The notes under the pieces: generated by a model
Told to the model about the DNA's origin: nothing
The model's database searches: none
Seen by the model: the letters and a program-made list of their open reading frames with translations, nothing else
From: Patescibacteria group bacterium
GTDB lineage: Bacteria > Patescibacteriota > Patescibacteriia > 2-02-FULL-49-11
DNA: 51,970 bases
Direction: 5' to 3'
Assembly (NCBI GenBank): GCA_041645165.1
Contig: JBAZQN010000001.1
Location: 1 to 51,970, forward strand
Shown here: piece by piece, positions 40,871 to 47,947 of the stretch
Numbering within the stretch: the first letter of the stretch is position 1
How the letters are laid out: the number at the start of each line of letters is the position of its first letter
Made by a program: the position numbers and the translations under genes

Positions 40871-42685
40871 ATGAAAAGTTTGCGAAACGTTGCGATTATC
40901 GCTCACGTCGACCACGGGAAAACGACGCTCGTGGACGCTTTGCTGCGGCAATCGAAGGCGAAGCTGAATAAAGACATGGCCGAGAGAGATCTCATCATGG
41001 ATTCGAATGATATTGAGCGCGAGCGCGGCATCACCATTTTTTCCAAGAACGCCTCGGTGAATTGGGAAGGCACGAAAATAAATATCATCGATACGCCCGG
41101 GCATGCGGATTTCGGCGGGGAAGTGGAGCGCGTGTTGACCATGGCGGACGGATGCCTTTTGCTTGTGGATGCGCAGGAGGGGCCTATGCCCCAGACCCGT
41201 TTTGTCCTGAAGCAGGCGCTGAAAATGAAATTGAGGATTATCGTGGTCATTAACAAGATAGACAAACCAGCAGCGCGCGTTAATCATGCACTCAATAAAA
41301 CGTTCGACCTTTTCGTCGAACTGGGCGCGGATGACAAAACGCTTGATTTTCCCGTGCTCTATGCGGCCGCGCGCGAAGGCAAGGCCGGATTAACTCCGGA
41401 CCTTGGCGCCATGACGAGCATAGCGCCGATTTTCGAAGCAATCATTAAATGCATTCCTCCGCCTGCAGGAAACGCCGACGAACCATTACAGCTATTCATC
41501 ACCACGTTAAGCAGCGATACGTTCCGTGGCCGCATCGCCACGGGGCGCGTGTATCAAGGGAAGGTGCGCGCGGGGCAGGATGTCGTGCACATAAACCGCA
41601 AAGGTGAACAAAAGACCCTGCGGCTCACCTCTTTAATGACATTCGAAGGCTTGGATCGCGTTGATGCGCAGGAAGCGATCGCAGGCGATATTATTGCAAT
41701 CTCGGGCGTCCCTGAAGTTACCATCGGCGAAACCATTGCTGATTCCTCAAACCCCATTGCGCTGCCGGTAATGGCGATTGAGGAGCCGACGGTGAGGGTT
41801 GACATCCGTGTGAATGATTCGCCTTTTGCCGGCATGGAGGGAACCTTCAGCACCTCGCGCCAGGTGCGGGAGCGGCTGTATAAGGAATTGGAGACTGATA
41901 TGGCGCTTCGCGTGGAAGACGAGCCGGATGGCACCTGGAAAGTTTCCGGTAGAGGGGAGCTCCATCTCGCGATTCTCATTGAGCGCCTGCGCCGGGAAGG
42001 CTTTGAGTTTCAGGTGTCGCAACCGCAGGTGATCACCAAAGAAGTAGACGGCACAGTGGTAACGCCGTATGAGCTCGTTTTTATCGAAGTGCCGGAGATG
42101 CATGCGGGCGTCGTCATCCAAAAATTGGGCATACGCGGGGGAGAGTTAAAAGAGATGAAAGTGGAGAACGCGATAGCCCACATGGAATTTTCCGTTCCCA
42201 CGCGGGGCCTCTTCGGTTTTCGCACGGAATTTTTGACCAATACGCGGGGATTGGGAATTCTCAATACCATATTTGACCAATATAAGCCGGAGCACGGCAG
42301 TGTCCGGGAGCGCGAACAAGGATCACTGGTCGCGAGCGAGAGCGGGACCACGAATCTCTACGGCCTGATCAATGTGCAGGATCGCGGCGTGTTATTTATC
42401 GGGCCCGGTACAGAGGTGTATAGGGGGCAAGTGGTGGGGCAAAATGCGCGTCGCGACGATATCCGCGTCAATGCGTGCAAGACGAAACGGCTGTCCAATA
42501 TGCGCTCGAAAGGCGAGGGAAGCCAAGAGCATTTTAATACTCCCCACGACATGGACAATGTAGAATATGCCTTGGAATATATTGGCGCGGATGAATTGGT
42601 GGAGGTGACGCCAAAGCACATCCGTATCCGCAAGGTGGTGTTGGACGAGAATGAAGCAAAGCGCAAGGAAAAGATAAAAGGGTGA
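40871..42685 (+). CDS. typA: Translational GTPase TypA/BipA
   Basis: NVAIIAHVDHGKTTLVD, DTPGHADFGGEVER, NKID, and a collinear C-terminal BipA-specific region. 604 aa. Confidence 0.93.
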   Translation: MKSLRNVAIIAHVDHGKTTLVDALLRQSKAKLNKDMAERDLIMDSNDIERERGITIFSKNASVNWEGTKINIIDTPGHADFGGEVERVLTMADGCLLLVDAQEGPMPQTRFVLKQALKMKLRIIVVINKIDKPAARVNHALNKTFDLFVELGADDKTLDFPVLYAAAREGKAGLTPDLGAMTSIAPIFEAIIKCIPPPAGNADEPLQLFITTLSSDTFRGRIATGRVYQGKVRAGQDVVHINRKGEQKTLRLTSLMTFEGLDRVDAQEAIAGDIIAISGVPEVTIGETIADSSNPIALPVMAIEEPTVRVDIRVNDSPFAGMEGTFSTSRQVRERLYKELETDMALRVEDEPDGTWKVSGRGELHLAILIERLRREGFEFQVSQPQVITKEVDGTVVTPYELVFIEVPEMHAGVVIQKLGIRGGELKEMKVENAIAHMEFSVPTRGLFGFRTEFLTNTRGLGILNTIFDQYKPEHGSVREREQGSLVASESGTTNLYGLINVQDRGVLFIGPGTEVYRGQVVGQNARRDDIRVNACKTKRLSNMRSKGEGSQEHFNTPHDMDNVEYALEYIGADELVEVTPKHIRIRKVVLDENEAKRKEKIKG

Positions 42686-42802
42686 TCTCTCGTAATGCCG
42701 CAAGAATAATAAAAACATCCAGGCGTGGATGTTTTTATTTGGCCCTTCAGACATTTATGCGGCAATGCATAACGGTTTTTGGAATGTAAAGCTTACATCG
42801 AG

Positions 42803-42933
42803 TCCCCCTCTTAAGATAAGAGGGGTTAGGGGAGTTATGAGTTTGGTGCAAAAAGGGCTTAGGTTCGCCAGACCAGGGCATGCGCGCTCCATTCATAACT
42901 CACCCCCACCCTCCCTTATCTTAAGGGAGGGTG
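42803..42933. repeat. Nested palindromic element related to family B
   Basis: CCCCCTCTTAAGATAAGAGGGG, GGGGAGTTATGA ... TCATAACTCACCCCC, and CCCTCCCTTATCTTAAGGGAGGG. Confidence 0.65.
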
Positions 42934-43011
42934 TCGAAAGCCGCCCATGGTGTTTGTTTAGAAAAGTCAGAAGAACCTTTTATTCGGGTATGTGCATGGT
43001 ATAATACGCCT

Positions 43012-43824
43012 ATGCCATATCACAAAGAACACGCAGCCATTTCGCGTATCGCCCAGGAGGTGTTACGGTTGACGAAGAAACATTTCGGCACGATTTTGCA
43101 GGTCGCCACCAAGACGGACGTGCGCGATATTTCGTCGTTTCTGGATCATGCTATTGACCGCGTGATTCGAAAACGAATTTCCGCGGCATTCCCCGCAGAC
43201 ATTCTTATCACCGAAGAATTTTCACCGCACCTCGATCCCGCGCATGGGCGCGCATGGGTGGTTGACCCCTTGTGCGGGTCCATGAATGTGGCGCGCGGGG
43301 TGAAATTTTTTGCCACCAATATCGCGCTGGTGGAAGGGGGGAAGGTGGTGGCGGCATGGGTTATAGACCATGCGCGCGAAGAGCTTATCTGGGGATTGGG
43401 GGATAAGAAAGTGTTTCAAAGCGCGAAAGCGGTGAGACGGTTGAAATATAGTTCCGTGATGAGCGTCGTTGAGATTGAACAAGCATACTATTATAAACTT
43501 CCAATAGTGGTGCAAGAACGCATCGCCAGATTCACGGCAGACGCATTGCTCCAGAAAAATATTACCTGTTACAACTATGGCAGTTCGCTTGGTTTCGCAT
43601 ATGTCGCCACAGGCCAGTTGCAAGCGGCTGTGACAGTGAATATTTATCCTTGGGATTTTATTGCGGCGTGTTTTCTCATAGAGCAGAACGGCGGCATTGT
43701 GACCAATTTCAACGGCACGCCGTGGAACATACGCTCAAAAAGCATTGTCATGGCAGGGGACAAAAATATTCACCGCACCTTATTGAGACTTTTGAAGAAA
43801 AATAAACTCGATAACCTTACGTAA
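43012..43824 (+). CDS. Inositol-monophosphatase-family protein (divergent motif A)
   Basis: ITEEF, WVVDPLCGSMNV (the usual motif is DPIDGT), and YPWDFIAACFLIEQNGG (motif B). Start set at MPYHKEH. Confidence 0.7.
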   Translation: MPYHKEHAAISRIAQEVLRLTKKHFGTILQVATKTDVRDISSFLDHAIDRVIRKRISAAFPADILITEEFSPHLDPAHGRAWVVDPLCGSMNVARGVKFFATNIALVEGGKVVAAWVIDHAREELIWGLGDKKVFQSAKAVRRLKYSSVMSVVEIEQAYYYKLPIVVQERIARFTADALLQKNITCYNYGSSLGFAYVATGQLQAAVTVNIYPWDFIAACFLIEQNGGIVTNFNGTPWNIRSKSIVMAGDKNIHRTLLRLLKKNKLDNLT

Positions 43825-43844
43825 ATGCAGACCTATTAAACCAA

Positions 43845-43909
43845 GTAGCGTGGCCCCGCCTGGGCGGGGCCACACGATCGGTTGAGTCGGAGATAAACTC
43901 CGACGCTAC
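43845..43909 (+). repeat. Y-shaped structured repeat, family F, copy 1
   Basis: GTAGCG-[GTGGCCCCGCC-TG-GGCGGGGCCAC]-..-[GTCGGAG-ATAAA-CTCCGAC]-GCTAC. Confidence 0.7.
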
Positions 43910-43949
43910 AGAGTTGATAAAAGCCGAGGATTATTTACAAATAGATGAT

Positions 43950-44972
43950 ATGCGGGAAGCGGTGCTTTACAAAAAATTAGATAAAGGGGGAGTACAGTGT
44001 CTTGCCTGCGCGTGGCGCTGTACCATCGCGGAAGGGAAGAGGGGCGTATGCGGCGTGCGGAAAAACGTTGATGGCGAACTCCAGCTTTTGGTGCACAGTT
44101 TCCCCGTAAGCGTGAATCTTGATCCAGTGGAGAAGAAACCGCTCTACCATTTCCTCCCGGGCACGAAGATATTTTCCCTTGGGACGGTGGGGTGCAATTT
44201 TGCGTGCGAGTTTTGCCAAAATTTCGACATATCACAGGTTACGAAGACAGGGTGGAATGTGGCTGAAGTTGAAGAGGGGCAGGAATATACCCCGGAAACG
44301 ATCGTGCAGTATTGCCGTGACCATCACATTCCTTCAATCGCCTTTACTTATAACGAGCCTACTATTTTTAGCGAATATGCCGTGGATGTAATGAAATTGG
44401 CGAAACCTCACGGTATCAGTGGTGTATATGTTTCAAATGGCTATGAGACGAAGGAGGCGCTCGATTTTCTTGAGGGCTTTATCGATGCGTATAATATAGA
44501 TTTGAAATCATTCCGCAAAGATTTTTACCAGAAGGTCTGCCATGCGCGCTTGGCTCCTGTGCTTGAGACGATTAAGGCGCTGCACCGGAGAAGCAAATGG
44601 TTGGAAATAACAACGCTGTTAATTCCGGGGAAAAATGACCATGCGGAAGAGATCGCACAAATAGCAGAATTTATAAAGGATGTATCGCCTGACATTCCTT
44701 GGCACATTTCCGCGTTCCATCCGGAGTACAAAATGACGGAGATTGGCATCACGCCAAGCGAGAAACTTTTTGAAGCGTACGAGATTGGGAAAAAATCCGG
44801 GCTTAAATATATTTATACCGGCAATATCGCGGACAAAAGGCACAGCAACACCAATTGTCCGCAATGCGGCTCGGTCCTCATTGAGCGGGACGGCATGTAT
44901 CATACCAAAGTTATTGCAGAAAAAGGAATCTGCCCGAAGTGCCAGACAAAGATTCCGGGGGTATGGGAATAA
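43950..44972 (+). CDS. amrS: AmmeMemoRadiSam system radical SAM enzyme
   Basis: The N-terminal CxxCxxxC-type cluster region is VQCLACAWRC. The radical SAM motif is CNFACEFCQN. The C-terminal CPQCG...CPKC is typical of the family. A TTG start at 43914 is also possible. Confidence 0.85.
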   Translation: MREAVLYKKLDKGGVQCLACAWRCTIAEGKRGVCGVRKNVDGELQLLVHSFPVSVNLDPVEKKPLYHFLPGTKIFSLGTVGCNFACEFCQNFDISQVTKTGWNVAEVEEGQEYTPETIVQYCRDHHIPSIAFTYNEPTIFSEYAVDVMKLAKPHGISGVYVSNGYETKEALDFLEGFIDAYNIDLKSFRKDFYQKVCHARLAPVLETIKALHRRSKWLEITTLLIPGKNDHAEEIAQIAEFIKDVSPDIPWHISAFHPEYKMTEIGITPSEKLFEAYEIGKKSGLKYIYTGNIADKRHSNTNCPQCGSVLIERDGMYHTKVIAEKGICPKCQTKIPGVWE

Positions 44973-45053
44973 AAGATTATTGATACCATACAACGAAATG
45001 GTTCATCGCCTCGCTTAAGATTTGTCTGTGCAGAGGCATATAAACGATACATT

Positions 45054-45108
45054 GTAGCGTGGCAGTTCATCTGCCACCCAAGATGTCGGAGACAAGCTCT
45101 GACGCTAC
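45054..45108 (+). repeat. Y-shaped structured repeat, family F, copy 2
   Basis: GTAGCG-[TGGCAG-TTCA-TCTGCCA]-..-[GTCGGAG-ACAAG-CTCTGAC]-GCTAC. The architecture matches copy 1, but the first hairpin has a different sequence. Confidence 0.7.
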
Positions 45109-45135
45109 AAATGAATAATAACGAATTATTTTAAT

Positions 45136-45924
45136 ATGGTCAGAAAACCAAACGTCGCAGGGAGTTTCTACCCCGCAGACAAAGGTGAGTTATCTGCGGA
45201 GCTTGAGCGGTGTTTTCGGGATGCCGCGGTTACACCTTCTGAAGTGCAAGGCAAGGGCATAAAGGCCATCATCGCGCCTCACGCAGGATACATATACAGC
45301 GGCGCTACCGCGGCAAGCGCGTATCAATTGCTAAAGCGACCTTATCACCGCATCGTACTGTTGGGGCCTTCGCATTATGTAGGATTTAATTCAGTGGCGC
45401 TTGATGAGGCTCAAGGGTGGCGCACGCCGTTGGGAGAAGTTGCGCTTGATCAAAAGGCGCTATCTATATTATCACGCAGCGAATATTTTAAAGTGTTGCC
45501 GGAAGCGTTTGCGCGCGAACATTCGCTGGAAGTGCAAGTTCCTTTCTTGCAGAAACAATTAAAGTCGTTCAAATTGGTTCCGTTGTGCTGCGGGCAAGAG
45601 CTTGCGTCTCTGCCAATCGCGCTGGAATTGAATAATATTATTGATAACGATACGCTGGTGGCGGTGAGTTCAGATTTGTCTCATTATCAACCTCAACAAA
45701 TTGCGGAAAAGATAGACCATAAAACCATTGATGCTATTTTATCCCGTGATCAAGAAAGGATAAAAATGGATTTAGACGCTTGTGGCAGAGAAGGAATCGT
45801 AATTATTAACGAATTAGCAAAGTTAAATAATTGGCAACCGCAGCTGGTTGATTACCGCACGAGCGCCGAGGCATCGGGGGATGAGAGTGCGGTCGTGGGG
45901 TATGTGGGAATGGTTTATTATTAA
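45136..45924 (+). CDS. amrB: AmmeMemoRadiSam system protein B (Memo-like)
   Basis: VAGSFYP, IIAPHAGYIYSG, LLGPSH, EHSLEVQVPFLQ, SSDLSHY. Confidence 0.88.
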   Translation: MVRKPNVAGSFYPADKGELSAELERCFRDAAVTPSEVQGKGIKAIIAPHAGYIYSGATAASAYQLLKRPYHRIVLLGPSHYVGFNSVALDEAQGWRTPLGEVALDQKALSILSRSEYFKVLPEAFAREHSLEVQVPFLQKQLKSFKLVPLCCGQELASLPIALELNNIIDNDTLVAVSSDLSHYQPQQIAEKIDHKTIDAILSRDQERIKMDLDACGREGIVIINELAKLNNWQPQLVDYRTSAEASGDESAVVGYVGMVYY

Positions 45925-45932
45925 TAGACCAG

Positions 45933-46088
45933 AGCGGAGGGTTATTCGCTCGGGAAGGTCGTCGGCAGACACGCGTCGATCCCGCCAGCGCGGGATCGCG
46001 CTCCGCCTCGCCCGAACGATCCGCCTCGGGCGGAACCATGCTCGTTCGGGCTGCGGAGGGTCTGCCCGACGACCACTCCTTCGCTGAT
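45933..46088. repeat. GC-rich multiply nested palindrome
   Basis: GGTCGTCGGCAGAC...GTCTGCCCGACGACC encloses GATCCCGC-CAGC-GCGGGATC. It also encloses GCCCGAACGA..TCGTTCGGGC, whose loop contains TCCGCC-TCG-GGCGGA. Confidence 0.7.
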
Positions 46089-46099
46089 ATTTTTTCTAT

Positions 46100-46675
46100 A
46101 TGGGAGAAATTCATAAACAATTGAGCATGGGGGAGAGGAGGAAATTGCTGGAATTGGCGCGGGAGGCGATTGGGAGCAGGTTGCGGGGGGAAGAATTCTC
46201 TTGTGATGAAGCGGCGCTTGATTCTGTATTGAAAGAAAAACGGGCTTGTTTTGTAACACTTAACGAAGGGGGCCGGTTGCGCGGATGCATTGGCCATGTG
46301 CTCCCTGTGCAAGAGCTATATTTGGATGTTATTGAAAATGCGCAATCAGCAGCGTTTGAAGATCCGCGCTTTGCGCCTCTTGCACTTTCGGAGTTTCCAT
46401 TCCTTGAGATTGAAATATCTGTGCTTTCGGTCCCAGAACCGTTTTCCTATAACACCACGGAAGAATTAATAGAATATCTCGCGGCGCAAAAGCCCGGGGT
46501 CATCCTGAAGAAGAATGGTCGCCAGGCGACATTTTTGCCCCAGGTGTGGGAACAGATTGTGCAGCCTGAAGAATTTCTCACAGAATTGTGCATGAAAGCA
46601 GGTCTTGCGCCTGATGAATGGAAGAAACAGGTAATGATTCAAATTTATTATGCTGAACATTTTACGCTATCTTAA
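46100..46675 (+). CDS. amrA: AmmeMemoRadiSam system protein A (AMMECR1 domain)
   Basis: ACFVTLNEGGRLRGCIGHVLP, AAFEDPRF, GVILKKNGRQATFLPQVW. Confidence 0.88.
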   Translation: MGEIHKQLSMGERRKLLELAREAIGSRLRGEEFSCDEAALDSVLKEKRACFVTLNEGGRLRGCIGHVLPVQELYLDVIENAQSAAFEDPRFAPLALSEFPFLEIEISVLSVPEPFSYNTTEELIEYLAAQKPGVILKKNGRQATFLPQVWEQIVQPEEFLTELCMKAGLAPDEWKKQVMIQIYYAEHFTLS

Positions 46676-46783
46676 ATATGAGCTCATCGCATTGTTGGTG
46701 TGCGCTGTCGCGGGCGGGGTGGGGTATTACGCATATTCACAGCTGGCTGCGGTAGACGGAAACCAGCGTGATCTCGCGAAAAA

Positions 46784-47617
46784 GTGTCCCAATTGCAAAA
46801 AGAACTTGGCAACGCGCAAGGCGATATTGCTTCGCTCACCAAAGCGCTGGCTGACGTGCAGGGGAAACCTGTAGAGGTAGTGCGGCAGGAAATTATAAAA
46901 GAAAAGACGCAGGATGAAGTGCTCATTGCCGCCGTGGCTAAAGTCGCGCCCGCAGTGGTATCCCTCGTGGTGACAAAAGACGTGCCGCAGCTGGAAGTGG
47001 TGTATGTGAATCCTTTTGGCGATGACCCATTTTTCAAAGATTTCGGATTCAGGATCCCTCAATACCGGCAGAAAGGGACAGAAGAGAAGAAGGTGGGTGC
47101 GGGCACGGGCTTTATCATCCGCAGCGACGGCTATATTCTTACGAATCGCCATGTGGTGGAAGATCGCGAGGCGCGCTTTACTGCGCTGCTTTCCAACGGC
47201 GTGCAGGAGCTTGCAGACGTAGTGTATAGGGATGAGGAGAATGATATCGCCATATTAAAAATAGCGCGCAAAGGGCTTACCGCAGTTTTTTTCGGCGATT
47301 CAGAATCTTTAAAGCTCGGGCAGTCGGTATTTGCCGTCGGGAACGCTCTGGGCGAATACAATAATTCCGTGTCGGTCGGCGTCATCTCCGGCCTCAAACG
47401 CACGATTCAGGCATCAAGCAGTTCCGGCAGCGAGACGCTCGAAAATGTCATTCAGACGGATGCCGCGATCAATCCGGGCAATTCCGGCGGGCCATTGTCT
47501 AACTTTGACGGGAAAGTCGTGGGCGTAAACGTCGCCACCGTAATAGGGTCTGAAAATATCAGCTTCGCCATCCCCGCCAATATCGTGAAGTCCATCATCG
47601 CGTCGGTGTTGAAGTAA
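46784..47617 (+). CDS. Trypsin-like (S1C/HtrA-type) serine protease without a PDZ domain; its membrane anchor appears to lie in another frame (46650-46783)
   Basis: The catalytic triad context is TNRHVV, NDIAILK and GNSGGPL. The upstream overlapping ORF encodes a TM helix and joins in-frame if one A is added to the A5 run at 46779-46783. Confidence 0.8.
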   Translation: MSQLQKELGNAQGDIASLTKALADVQGKPVEVVRQEIIKEKTQDEVLIAAVAKVAPAVVSLVVTKDVPQLEVVYVNPFGDDPFFKDFGFRIPQYRQKGTEEKKVGAGTGFIIRSDGYILTNRHVVEDREARFTALLSNGVQELADVVYRDEENDIAILKIARKGLTAVFFGDSESLKLGQSVFAVGNALGEYNNSVSVGVISGLKRTIQASSSSGSETLENVIQTDAAINPGNSGGPLSNFDGKVVGVNVATVIGSENISFAIPANIVKSIIASVLK

Positions 47618-47692
47618 AATACCCGTATCATGCGCTGACTTACGCAGACTAGACGCAGACATACGCGGACAGGATAGATTATAAATGAGGAA

Positions 47693-47721
47693 GGCAGCAA
47701 GTAGAATTGCTGCCCTTTTTT
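47693..47721 (+). terminator. Rho-independent terminator
   Basis: GGCAGCAA-GTAGAA-TTGCTGCC-C-TTTTTT. Confidence 0.8.
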
Positions 47722-47723
47722 GT

Positions 47724-47796
47724 GAAGCCGAGCGGATTCGAACCGCCGATCTCTCCTTTAATATGGAGCGCTCTACCACAGACCTCTGGCGACCTC
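47724..47796 (-). pseudogene. tRNA-like sequence with canonical T arm but aberrant D arm and an 8-nt anticodon loop
   Basis: The minus-strand read is GAGGTCG..GGTAGAGC.GCTCC-ATATTAAA-GGAG..GGCGG-TTCGAAT-CCGCT-CGGCTTC-A. The acceptor pairs with two G-T pairs. No D stem can be drawn, and the loop is not 7 nt. Confidence 0.35.
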
Positions 47797-47947
47797 GCGA
47801 CTAATCGCCCTAGGATCATACTGAGCTACGGCCTCAATATATGTAGTGGAGAGGATAGCAAGGGGAAAAAATTTGGTCAAGCGCTCTACTTTCATTTATA
47901 GCATTGTTTCTTTATGGTACATTGAATAGGCGGATAATCCGCTGTTT

